In this document: in pieces, positions 10,051 to 19,499 of the stretch
Numbering within the stretch: position 1 is the stretch's first letter
Layout: each line of letters opens with the position of its first letter
IMG/VR virus record: IMGVR_UViG_3300035501_001058
DNA length: 64,000 nucleotides
Source: an uncultured virus (IMG/VR IMGVR_UViG_3300035501_001058)
Taxonomy: Duplodnaviria; Heunggongvirae; Uroviricota; Caudoviricetes
Direction: 5' to 3' (one strand)
The notes under the pieces: generated by a model
What the model was told of the DNA's origin: nothing
The model's database searches: none
The model's input: only the letters and a program-made list of their open reading frames with translations
Made by a program: the position numbers and the translations under genes

Positions 10051-12015
10051 ATGCAATTAGCAGATTTATATGCTGAGTATATTGCTAACTGGATAAGTGG
10101 TGGTAATTTAATTACCAAAGATAAGATTTCTTTGCTTGGTATTAAACCATTATATGATAGATTTATTACACATGGGTATATAACTAAGATTTGGTGCATT
10201 ACAGGTTTACCTGTTGATTACTCCAATAACCTGACGCAGGCAATTAGACAAGAAATGTTTAAGGTCTGCCCAAATGTTAAAACAATTGTTAGTACAGTTA
10301 ATACACCAGTGCAGATAAATCCTAGAAGTGAGGTTTTCACTAGGCAGTTGAAAAGAGCTGCATCAGCTTATAATCAGTATAAAGAAGTTTTTGATAATCT
10401 ATCAGAAGATGAACAGTTAACAGGGACAGTTTCATACGATAATCATGGTCATAGAAACTATGTAAATGCTGAAACATTAAATGTGATAAAAGATTTGTAT
10501 GATTCATATAGTTATGTATTTGAGCAAAGTACTCACAATGTCGAGTTTATGGAAACCTACTATTTTGTACAAGCATCTGCACAAAAGAAATCTGACTTAA
10601 GAGATTTCAGGAAAAGCTTTAATAATTTTGCTGCAGGAGAAGGTGCCACTATAGTCGAACTAAAAGGGAATATTACACAATACTTAAATAATTTTTGTCC
10701 GGCTAGCTATGAGCAAGATAATGTCAGAAAAATACAACCAATGCTATTATCGCAGGAGAACTTAGCTTTTATAACTAATTATAAAAGTAAAGGTTTAGTA
10801 GGCGATAGGGGAGCTTTATGTGCACAAGATTGGCAGACAAAGCTCCCTTTTATGATGGACTTTTTTCATAGTGGTTCTGCGCAGGTAATCATGGCGTTAG
10901 CAGAGTCAGGTTGGGGTAAAACATATCTGATGTTTGAAACAGCTTTAAGTATTATGGGTTATCATGACACTCATTGTAGTGTAATAGATATTAAGGGAAA
11001 TGAATGGAATAAATTACTTGAGTTTGTAGATGGAAGAGTGATTGATATGGACAAGGGAGTTTTCGTAAACACTCTCCGTCTTGATGACTTAGATGTCAAT
11101 GAATCCGATTGTAGGGAGTTCTTTGAATTAGCTGTAAGAGATACCGTGCAGGTTTTTAAGAGAGTAATTAATTTACAGGAATCAGAGGGTAACATAAAGG
11201 ATTTAGAGGATATTCTGACTGCCGGTGTTATGAAAATGTATTCCAAGCGTGATATTAATCCAGATAACTATAAATCATTTAAAAATACTTATGATATGCA
11301 TTATTCTGAAATAATTGATATTTTGGAGTCATTAACTGCATCTGCGTCATATACAGATGCACAAAAGAATATTTGTGCTATTGCAAAAACTAGATGTGCA
11401 GCTTTTTTCCTTTCTGAGTCGGGCAAGGGGTCCTCGATGACAAAGGAAATAACTGTACAAGATGTACTTAATTCACCACTTACGATATATGCTTTTAATA
11501 AAAATTCAAATTCAAATCTGGATATGTTGGATTCGTTACGTGTTCTAATGGTACAAACATTGGATAATCGTGTAGCTATGATAAGAAAGAAAGCAGGTTT
11601 ATTTACTGCTGCTTTTTATGAAGAATTACAACGGTGTGTAAATTCAGTGGAGTTAATTCAGTATATTAGTAGTAGAGTTACTGGTAGTAGAAGCGATAAC
11701 TTAATTATTTTCTTGATTCTTAATTCAATAAGTGCTTTTGAAGAGCATGCTTTGGCACAAATAAGAAGTAATATTACTTCTTATTTCATTGGTAAAGTGA
11801 AAACCCATGAGATAGATAAAATAGCAACCAGTTTTGATTGTGCAAGCATAAAAGATTATATTGTATTGATTAACGAGCAAACAACTGAATTTTATAGAAA
11901 TTGTTTTGCCGTAAAATTTGATACTGGATATAAGGTTGACAATTGTATAATTAAAGCTGTTGTTCCTGAGGAAGTTAGTAAGAAATTTAGAACAAGGGAG
12001 ATTTTAAATGATTAG
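10051..12015 (+). CDS. VirB4/TcpF-like conjugation ATPase
   Basis: Walker A AESGWGKT, IDIKGNEW (DxKxE motif), Walker B-like FYEELQR; adjacent to a wall hydrolase. Confidence 0.8.
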   Translation: MQLADLYAEYIANWISGGNLITKDKISLLGIKPLYDRFITHGYITKIWCITGLPVDYSNNLTQAIRQEMFKVCPNVKTIVSTVNTPVQINPRSEVFTRQLKRAASAYNQYKEVFDNLSEDEQLTGTVSYDNHGHRNYVNAETLNVIKDLYDSYSYVFEQSTHNVEFMETYYFVQASAQKKSDLRDFRKSFNNFAAGEGATIVELKGNITQYLNNFCPASYEQDNVRKIQPMLLSQENLAFITNYKSKGLVGDRGALCAQDWQTKLPFMMDFFHSGSAQVIMALAESGWGKTYLMFETALSIMGYHDTHCSVIDIKGNEWNKLLEFVDGRVIDMDKGVFVNTLRLDDLDVNESDCREFFELAVRDTVQVFKRVINLQESEGNIKDLEDILTAGVMKMYSKRDINPDNYKSFKNTYDMHYSEIIDILESLTASASYTDAQKNICAIAKTRCAAFFLSESGKGSSMTKEITVQDVLNSPLTIYAFNKNSNSNLDMLDSLRVLMVQTLDNRVAMIRKKAGLFTAAFYEELQRCVNSVELIQYISSRVTGSRSDNLIIFLILNSISAFEEHALAQIRSNITSYFIGKVKTHEIDKIATSFDCASIKDYIVLINEQTTEFYRNCFAVKFDTGYKVDNCIIKAVVPEEVSKKFRTREILND

Positions 12016-14134
12016 ATCTAAGGCAATAAAATGGCTATCCATTAGTCTTATTGTCATTATGACCTTTCTAGGTATTCTAATTTTCTCAGAATGTCTATCT
12101 GATGATACTTATATGATAATGCGTGCAAGGCATAAGAATGTTGAGGAAATAAAATATACTATAAAAAAGTTAAACTCTTCTGAAAGTGCAAGTGATTCCA
12201 CTACTCAAGCTGATTCAGTAACTAATGGAACTGGCTTAAATTTAATGCTCATTGATGATTTAACGGAGTCATACGCTAAGGAGCTACTTACATGTATGCG
12301 TAACTCATACAATGGTGTATACGACGACTCAGCATTGAGGCTAACTGTTGAGTCAATGTGTGGTCTACAGGCAATAGAAACTGGTTTTTACAGTGGTACA
12401 AAATTATTAAAATCATATTTGCCATTTGAAAATGGTAATGTAGTTTGGAATACTCAATACAATGGAGTAGCTGCAGAAAACATGACATTAAGTAAATATG
12501 ATAGCACAATAGCTTCTAAGGCATGCTATAGCGGTATTGATCATGGAAGTACAGTTTCAGTTTTTCAATATGATTCATGGAGTACTAGAGCTGTAAAATC
12601 TAAAGTGAATGGTGCAGGTAACTCTAGTAGAAGTGAGGGTGATCATTATTTTTATCCAGATGTATTAGCCACAAATAATAATTATATGACAAAATTCATT
12701 AGAACTTCATTAGGTCTAACTGCTGCAGAGCAATCAGATTTTAGTACAGTATGGATGGCATTTGCGTACGCTGTAGCTCATAACAGAGGTGAGAGTGGGT
12801 TTCTCAGATATACTTTTGGCTTTAGATTTGATGAGGAAGCTAATATAGATGTTAGTAGTGATAATATACAGCAATCAGAATTACTTGAAGCTACAAATAG
12901 CTTAATGTCATTATATACTGATTATAGAGAAGATTATCCAAATAATTATGATGTTGCTAATGTTATCTCCGGAGCAGATACATACAATTATGTAGTATTA
13001 ATGTTAGCTACGCATGATGATGATTGGTATTTATCGCAGAAGTCTTGTAGCTATGCTAAAAGTAATATTAGTAGATGTTTAACTTTTTGGAAGGCTTTAT
13101 TTCCAAATGAAGATATTACGGAGGAAGAATTAAAAAGTAAAATTGATGCATCTACAGCAAATTATGATGATGCTATAAAGGAAAAGACTGGATACAACAT
13201 AAGTATTTCCGAGTGTCAATCAGTATACAGTACAATTAATCCTGATGATTATAATCGCTGGACTGAAAGTAATCCGGGATATGTTTTTAAGGTTACAACT
13301 ACACGAAGTGCTGCATATAATAATAAGTACTCAGATGGTACAGACCCATATATAGTTCAGTGCATGGATGTTTTGTGTGCTAGGGAGGCTCTTGGTGCAT
13401 GTTTCGGTGATATAGTATACGCTAACATGTTATACTATGCAGGTTTAGGTGATGTTGACCCAACTAACCCTGAAACTTATTATAGTAAAATAACAGAAAG
13501 TGCAGATGATAGCTTTGTACCAAGTAGCAGTAATAGTAGTACTGCGTGGATGGAAGCATATGGTGTAGATGTTAGTTCTTTAAGTGTAAATCAGATTAAT
13601 GAACTACAAACTGCATACAATTTAGTGAATTTACCAAATTGTACATATGAACAAGATGGTCCAACAATGGATAAAGAAATGAACAGCGATAGCACACCTA
13701 CAGTTCTAGACTGCTCTGGATTTGTTTCAAGAGTGCTAGATGATACAGGATTCACAGGAAGATATCATATCAGACAAACGTGTACAGGTTTAATGTATAG
13801 TGATGATTTTGAATGTATTGATCCTTCAGATTTGCAACCAGGTGATATTTTAGTGAATGGTAATCACACCATGATTTATCTCAGTGGATACACTGGTGGT
13901 TCTACATTGGCAAATGTTACTATAATGGAGAGTAACAGAGCTGGTGAAGAATATAATAGCAGTTGTTGGAATTATACATACAACAGATGGGGTCCTAATA
14001 TTCGAACATTGGGAAGTCAAAGTAGCTGTGTTCTGGCAACAGATGGTGAACCTAAAATGGATGGTTATAATACATACATACTTAGAATAAAGACTAGGGA
14101 TACTGATACAACTACAATAGGTACATACGATTAA
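12008..14134 (+). CDS. Membrane-anchored peptidoglycan hydrolase (putative lysozyme-like domain + C-terminal NlpC/P60); VirB1/CwlT-like
   Basis: N-terminal TM; LDCSGFV...LQPGDIL...NHTMIY matches NlpC/P60; QAIETG, VFQY and AYAVAHNRG resemble lytic-transglycosylase motifs. Confidence 0.8.
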   Translation: MIRSKAIKWLSISLIVIMTFLGILIFSECLSDDTYMIMRARHKNVEEIKYTIKKLNSSESASDSTTQADSVTNGTGLNLMLIDDLTESYAKELLTCMRNSYNGVYDDSALRLTVESMCGLQAIETGFYSGTKLLKSYLPFENGNVVWNTQYNGVAAENMTLSKYDSTIASKACYSGIDHGSTVSVFQYDSWSTRAVKSKVNGAGNSSRSEGDHYFYPDVLATNNNYMTKFIRTSLGLTAAEQSDFSTVWMAFAYAVAHNRGESGFLRYTFGFRFDEEANIDVSSDNIQQSELLEATNSLMSLYTDYREDYPNNYDVANVISGADTYNYVVLMLATHDDDWYLSQKSCSYAKSNISRCLTFWKALFPNEDITEEELKSKIDASTANYDDAIKEKTGYNISISECQSVYSTINPDDYNRWTESNPGYVFKVTTTRSAAYNNKYSDGTDPYIVQCMDVLCAREALGACFGDIVYANMLYYAGLGDVDPTNPETYYSKITESADDSFVPSSSNSSTAWMEAYGVDVSSLSVNQINELQTAYNLVNLPNCTYEQDGPTMDKEMNSDSTPTVLDCSGFVSRVLDDTGFTGRYHIRQTCTGLMYSDDFECIDPSDLQPGDILVNGNHTMIYLSGYTGGSTLANVTIMESNRAGEEYNSSCWNYTYNRWGPNIRTLGSQSSCVLATDGEPKMDGYNTYILRIKTRDTDTTTIGTYD

Positions 14135-14162
14135 TGGGGTGTTAAGTAACACCCCATTTTTT
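14133..14162 (+). terminator. Intrinsic terminator ending the conjugation block
   Basis: Perfect inverted repeat aatggggtgtta/taacaccccatt followed by T-run. Confidence 0.85.
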
Positions 14163-14242
14163 AAGATAGGTATAATAACCGAAATTGTAACTTTTTTCCC
14201 TTATTATTAATTAACAATGAATAAAAAAAGGAGTGCATTAAG

Positions 14243-14557
14243 ATGAATGATAAAACCGCATTACAACGTAGATTATTAGTAGATTTACGTTCCAAATTAG
14301 TAGGAGCGAATCATACTTTGCCATTTACGATTTACAATGATGATACTATAGAAGAACTTTTAAAAGCGCAACCAACTAGCATGGAAGAATTAACACAGGT
14401 AAAAGGTTTTCCAGCAGAGGGAAAACGGGTAAAAGGTTTTGGTGAGTCAATTGTACGTATTTTTACAGAAACAGAGAAGATAATTTCAATGAAGGTAGAT
14501 ACTACAGAATCAGAACTGATAGTAGGTGTGGAACTTAAACCAATGAGTATTTTTTAG
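14243..14557 (+). CDS. Stand-alone HRDC-domain protein
   Basis: PFTIYNDDTIEELLKAQPTSMEELTQVKGF...KGFGESIV matches the HRDC pattern. Confidence 0.75.
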   Translation: MNDKTALQRRLLVDLRSKLVGANHTLPFTIYNDDTIEELLKAQPTSMEELTQVKGFPAEGKRVKGFGESIVRIFTETEKIISMKVDTTESELIVGVELKPMSIF

Positions 14558-14570
14558 GATAAGGTGAATT

Positions 14571-15101
14571 ATGGCAAATTTAAATAGAGGACGTCTGGAA
14601 GAACTTGGCGCCGTATTTGAGTTAGAAATAATGGATTATTTAGCAGAAAAATTCCCCAATAGTATCATTATGCATAATCTGGAAGTATTTTGTAAACCTT
14701 TGGAAAAAGATACACAGATAGATATAATAATGCTTACTGATAAAAATGTATATTTGATTGAAGCAAAAAATTGGACAGGTTATATTGAAGGCGAATACAA
14801 TAATGAGCATTGGACAGGTATAAGCAGAGCAAGAGTTAAGATGGAGGTATTTAATCCAATAAATCAAAACGATTTACATATTAGAGCTTTACGAAATGCT
14901 CTAAGAAATGAAGGGTTAAATCCTCCATATTTTAATAATTTTGTTGTTGTGCCTGATGGAACTGCTATAAAGTCTACTTGCAGAGAAGTTGTAAATAAAA
15001 GCTTTTTAATAAATAGGATAACAAGAGCTGAAAAAACACTAAGTAATAATTATGATAAACAATCTTTAGCAGAAAAAATAAGAAAGGTGTGTACAAAATG
15101 A
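14571..15101 (+). CDS. NERD (nuclease-related domain) protein
   Basis: G..FE, TQIDIIML, LIEAKNWTG and NPINQN..H motifs. Confidence 0.85.
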   Translation: MANLNRGRLEELGAVFELEIMDYLAEKFPNSIIMHNLEVFCKPLEKDTQIDIIMLTDKNVYLIEAKNWTGYIEGEYNNEHWTGISRARVKMEVFNPINQNDLHIRALRNALRNEGLNPPYFNNFVVVPDGTAIKSTCREVVNKSFLINRITRAEKTLSNNYDKQSLAEKIRKVCTK

Positions 15102-15844
15102 AACATTGTTTTACATGTGGTGGACAGGGTTTTATTGATAAAGAATGCCCGGAGTGTGGTAGGGAACCTCGTAACAAATCACTCAACTTAGATAAAATGG
15201 AAAATGTACAGGAATTTGTAAAAAAGATAAATAACACCATGATACCTAGTAAGTATCATGGTGTATTTTGGAGCAAAGATATACTTGAGAGGGAGTATTC
15301 TAGTAAATTATCTAAATACAATGATACAGGTTTTGATGATCAATTGTTTATTGGATATGTTGCACAGTTAGATAAAATTAATACTATTTACTCAGAGAAT
15401 AGATTACCCCACAAAAGCGCTATAATAATTGCTCCAGCTGGTTATAGTAAAATAACTTTTGCTTACTCTTGTATGCAAAGAGCCTTGAATGCTGGGTACA
15501 GTGTTGCACCATTACTTGATACAAGTGAAGTAAAGAGAGCATTAATTTTATCATCAGAAAATGTAAGATATAAGATTAATGGTTATTTAAGTTATGAGGA
15601 TTATATAATGTCAGATGTTATGTTTGTAACTGTTACAAAGTTATATACATACGGAGAGGCATATCAGGTTATTCAAGAATTGATTGATAGAAGGTCAAGA
15701 AAGGGACTATCTACTTTCATTCTATCAAGATTTAGCTTGAATGAGTTGTCTCAAACTGACAGAAGTCATAGTTTTGAAGCTATAAAGAAGGTAAGCTACG
15801 ATGCTTTTAAGTATCCTGCCATAATACAATATAAGGAGAGGTGA
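15098..15844 (+). CDS. DnaC/IstB-like helicase-loader homologue with N-terminal Zn knuckle and degenerate Walker A
   Basis: CxxC..CxxC N-terminus; APAGYSKITF; QELIDRRSRKGLSTFILS resembles the DnaC/IstB Arg-finger segment. Confidence 0.55.
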   Translation: MKHCFTCGGQGFIDKECPECGREPRNKSLNLDKMENVQEFVKKINNTMIPSKYHGVFWSKDILEREYSSKLSKYNDTGFDDQLFIGYVAQLDKINTIYSENRLPHKSAIIIAPAGYSKITFAYSCMQRALNAGYSVAPLLDTSEVKRALILSSENVRYKINGYLSYEDYIMSDVMFVTVTKLYTYGEAYQVIQELIDRRSRKGLSTFILSRFSLNELSQTDRSHSFEAIKKVSYDAFKYPAIIQYKER

Positions 15845-15849
15845 CTATA

Positions 15850-16311
15850 ATGGAGTTTACATTACAAGAAGTGCAAGAGAAGGAAATAAGATTAACAGAA
15901 ATAGAAGCTAGTTTATCTGATGCAAGACAAGCATACCAAGAAGCTGGTGCTTTTGGAGACAGAAGTGAGAATTCAGAATTAGATGCGGTCAAGCAAACAA
16001 TTAATCAGTTAATTAGTGAGAAGCAGGTGCTTGAGACAGAGTTATCTGACTATACTATTATTAGACCAAGTAAAGGCCCTAGAATAGTGATAGGTGATTA
16101 TATAAATGTTCAAAAAGTGTCTGATCGTGGAGAACCTGTAGGGGATATAAGAACCTTAAGGATAGCATCTCAAGGAGATACAATACATAAAGAAACCTTG
16201 GGAGTAGAGTCTCCTTTAGGAAAGCTAATACTTAATGGTACTGATGGCATTTACACAGTGCAGGCACCAGGGGGTGTAGTTAAATATAATGTTAAAAAAG
16301 CAAACAGATAG
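15850..16311 (+). CDS. greA: Transcription elongation factor GreA/GreB family
   Basis: AFGDRSENSELDAVK and ESPLGKLIL signatures. Confidence 0.85.
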   Translation: MEFTLQEVQEKEIRLTEIEASLSDARQAYQEAGAFGDRSENSELDAVKQTINQLISEKQVLETELSDYTIIRPSKGPRIVIGDYINVQKVSDRGEPVGDIRTLRIASQGDTIHKETLGVESPLGKLILNGTDGIYTVQAPGGVVKYNVKKANR

Positions 16312-16795
16312 AAAAAAAGATAGAAAAAATTTGATTTTGATTTTACTTATTATACCTTTAAGTATTATAGTTATCAGTTTGTCAATTTGTGGTATGATGT
16401 TTCTTCGAGGAAAAACAATAGATGATTACATGGGAAAAGAATATGAGACAGAATCTATAGGTCTTGAGCTTGTAAATGCACTATATAATTTTAGTAGCCC
16501 ATATGAATTAAATAGACAAATGGAGATTGTAAATGCAATCACCACAGAATCAGTTTATAATGATTTAACTATTGATAATGAAGAACGAACCATGCTCACA
16601 TATCTAAAGTTTAAGGATTCAGCAGTTACAGTACATGTGATTGATAATGGTCCAAATTACGTTAGATATTATCTTGAAACTGATGCTATAGACAGCTCCA
16701 GAGAATTTATTTTATTTTATCAAATAAATGATGATGGTTTAATTTCAGAAGTAGAGGAGGCTGAATATGTTAAATTTATTGATACTATTTATTAA
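16289..16795 (+). CDS. Single-pass membrane protein (possible NTF2-like extracellular domain)
   Basis: Basic N-terminus, one TM helix, beta-rich C-terminus. Confidence 0.6.
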   Translation: MLKKQTDRKKDRKNLILILLIIPLSIIVISLSICGMMFLRGKTIDDYMGKEYETESIGLELVNALYNFSSPYELNRQMEIVNAITTESVYNDLTIDNEERTMLTYLKFKDSAVTVHVIDNGPNYVRYYLETDAIDSSREFILFYQINDDGLISEVEEAEYVKFIDTIY

Positions 16796-16932
16796 GCTTC
16801 TGACATTAATACTGTTATACTTTATGGCAGCATATGTTATACTTTGTGGAAAAAGTAAGACTGGAATTAATTCAGATTTTGCAATAACAGCTACTATTTT
16901 GGTGGCTGTTTTAATTATTTTGTGAGGTATTT

Positions 16933-17880
16933 ATGAGATACACAGAAAAAGAATATAACTATGAATATGATAATATGAAAGATTGGCTGCAGAATTCTGC
17001 AGCCTTAATTATTGTTGCACCGCTAAGGTTATTTAATGAAGTTAGTACTAAGTTTATATATTTAGATAGAAGACTTATAAACAAGATATTAAATTTAGCT
17101 TTTGTAATAGATGCAGTTTGTACAGGGTTGTATGCAGGGGTCAATTATTGGCTTGGCTCTTTTGATTTTCTTGTGGGTAAGGTACCACTCATATTGCAAG
17201 TTGTGAGTTTAATTATAATCGCAGTTTTTAACTTGTGGTATAAAATGTATGATTTTGTGATTTACAAGCAATTAGAATACTTACTACCAGCATTATCTAA
17301 TGGCATTAATGAACACTCAGAAAATGACAATATTGAAGATACTAAATCTATGACTGATTTTGATGGGGAAGTTAAAAAACAGGATTATGCTGATTTTGAG
17401 AGTTCAATACTTACTGAACTAAAAGATTTAGAGATACCAGATATTACACCAGCAGATAGTAAAGTAGATATTAGCACTCTAACTTCTGCATTAGCAGATG
17501 ATAACCATATAAATGTAGAAGATGTTTATTTAGATGAGCCTAACAAAGAAACTGTTGCTAAAAGCAATAACACTACTGCAAATATTATAGAGCTTGATGA
17601 TATTAATGATGAATTAATGTCATTATTGAATGAAGACTTATTAGATGATGAAAGTGTTATAGAGTATCAGAATAAGTCTGAATATGAAATAAAAAATCTT
17701 GATCTAGGGGTTGATAATACAAATCTTGAGACAGAAATGGATGATTCTACTGACCCTTCTAAGTATGTTTCTGAAGATGGTTTGTTCAAGTTTCTTAATG
17801 AGATTGGAGCAGAATCAATGGGAGATTTTGATACATTTGATACATTTACCGTACCAGATAATTTCGATTTAGTTAGTTAA
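16933..17880 (+). CDS. Two-TM membrane protein with long acidic tail
   Basis: Two hydrophobic helices; D/E-rich C-terminal half. Confidence 0.7.
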   Translation: MRYTEKEYNYEYDNMKDWLQNSAALIIVAPLRLFNEVSTKFIYLDRRLINKILNLAFVIDAVCTGLYAGVNYWLGSFDFLVGKVPLILQVVSLIIIAVFNLWYKMYDFVIYKQLEYLLPALSNGINEHSENDNIEDTKSMTDFDGEVKKQDYADFESSILTELKDLEIPDITPADSKVDISTLTSALADDNHINVEDVYLDEPNKETVAKSNNTTANIIELDDINDELMSLLNEDLLDDESVIEYQNKSEYEIKNLDLGVDNTNLETEMDDSTDPSKYVSEDGLFKFLNEIGAESMGDFDTFDTFTVPDNFDLVS

Positions 17881-17896
17881 TCAAAGGAGGATTAAT

Positions 17897-18652
17897 ATGA
17901 TAGTAAAGCATGATTTTAGTAATTTAGTAATGACACCTAAGAGAGAAAACTTTTTTGATTTCTTTTTACAGGCGTATGATGCTATAAATAAGTTACAGAG
18001 CACAATAGATGTGATTGATGATTACCATAGTGGCGAATTAGATGAATTAGATGAATTAGATGAACTAGAGAATCAAAACTTAGATAGTGTAGAAGCTATA
18101 GTGCTTTTTTCACGTGGAGGATTTTCTACAAAACCTGCGATGTATATATGTGCTAGAAACGTTGTGGTTCATATAAATGACTATAACACTTTTTTGTCAG
18201 AACATGTGGATTATGGAATGACATTAGAGGATTCTGAGCAAGATTTATTAAGTGCAAAGTGTAAAAAGATAATCTCAGAATTATTATATTTGCTCTGGTA
18301 TGAATTTGATGTAGAAGAGCAACTTAATAGAATTAAGGCTGGAGAGGATTTCATAGATGAAATTGTTAAGATGTATTGTGACTCTTTTTGTATAGAGCAA
18401 AAGGTCATTTTAGAAAACATTGAGACTCTAAGGGACAAGTTTCCTTTCCATTTATCAATTTTTGAGGATTATCCTGAATACGAAAGTCAATTTGAAGCAT
18501 TAATGGGACCTTTATTAGGTGCAGTTGATGAAGCAAAAATTTCTATTGAGTTAGTAAAAAAAGTTATTGATGGAAGATTAACACCTGATGAATTACTTGA
18601 AGAATTAAATGGTCTTGACGCTGATTTTGATGGAATGAATTGCTTCAATTAG
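17897..18652 (+). CDS. Acidic hypothetical protein
   Basis: AGGAGG RBS; contains an ELD tandem repeat; ends GMNCFN. Confidence 0.7.
   Translation: MIVKHDFSNLVMTPKRENFFDFFLQAYDAINKLQSTIDVIDDYHSGELDELDELDELENQNLDSVEAIVLFSRGGFSTKPAMYICARNVVVHINDYNTFLSEHVDYGMTLEDSEQDLLSAKCKKIISELLYLLWYEFDVEEQLNRIKAGEDFIDEIVKMYCDSFCIEQKVILENIETLRDKFPFHLSIFEDYPEYESQFEALMGPLLGAVDEAKISIELVKKVIDGRLTPDELLEELNGLDADFDGMNCFN
18035..18070 (+). repeat. 9-bp in-frame tandem repeat (gaattagat x3 plus one degenerate copy)
   Basis: Read directly; encodes ELDELDELDELE. Confidence 0.9.
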
Positions 18653-18666
18653 ATTTGGAGGTATTT

Positions 18667-19200
18667 ATGACTAAAAAGGATAGATATGTAGTTACTCTAA
18701 ATAAGATATTAGATAACTTAGAAGAAATATATGGCCTTAATGCAACTGTGAATGGTGATAGATTGGCTAATCTACAAATTGCAGATGTTGTAGCTTTTTA
18801 TAATAATCAGATTAATGGTTTTCAGAAACAAGATGTCAGCAATTTGAATGCGGCAGCTGGAAAGGAGCTTATACTTTTAAGTTACTTATCACAAAGAATG
18901 CATTATTTTAATAAGAAGCGTATAGATTTTTCGCATTATCCTAATATGAAGATAGTAAGTAAAATTCTTATCTCATTTACAAAAGCTTCTTCTATCAATG
19001 AGAAGAGCATGAGATCCATAAATAAGATTATTTCTTTGCTTGTTGAAATTGATAAAAGACACATTAATTTACACAATTCATTAAGTTATCGTTACTTACG
19101 AATTTTTATAATTTTAGTAATGTTCGGAAATTTCTGCAATGCATCAGTTGTTGCAGATTTTCTGCTTAATCAGATTATAGTAAGGGAGGATTTACATTGA
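18667..19200 (+). CDS. Hypothetical protein
   Basis: GGAGG RBS before ATG at 18667; operonic. Confidence 0.65.
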   Translation: MTKKDRYVVTLNKILDNLEEIYGLNATVNGDRLANLQIADVVAFYNNQINGFQKQDVSNLNAAAGKELILLSYLSQRMHYFNKKRIDFSHYPNMKIVSKILISFTKASSINEKSMRSINKIISLLVEIDKRHINLHNSLSYRYLRIFIILVMFGNFCNASVVADFLLNQIIVREDLH

Positions 19201-19499
19201 ATATTGTCGATGTATTAGCTAGTAAGTTTAATAAAATAAAAGATGGTGGTGATATTGTTAGCGTCACTGCTGAAGAACTTAACATTCTATGTGATAAAAG
19301 ACAGCTAAACACTCTAAAATTATACAGGGGATTACCAAAAAATTTTATTAGAGAAAGTAATTTTTTGCATAGTTTAAGTAGAATAAGAGAGATAGATACA
19401 GCAGATAGTTCAGAAGCTCTGTACTATACATTAGATTATTTAAGTTTGACAAATAATGCATTGAGCACTATTTGGAGCAATTTTGACTTGGAGGGATAA
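19197..19499 (+). CDS. Hypothetical protein
   Basis: Overlaps both neighbours; GGAGG RBS. Confidence 0.6.
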   Translation: MNIVDVLASKFNKIKDGGDIVSVTAEELNILCDKRQLNTLKLYRGLPKNFIRESNFLHSLSRIREIDTADSSEALYYTLDYLSLTNNALSTIWSNFDLEG

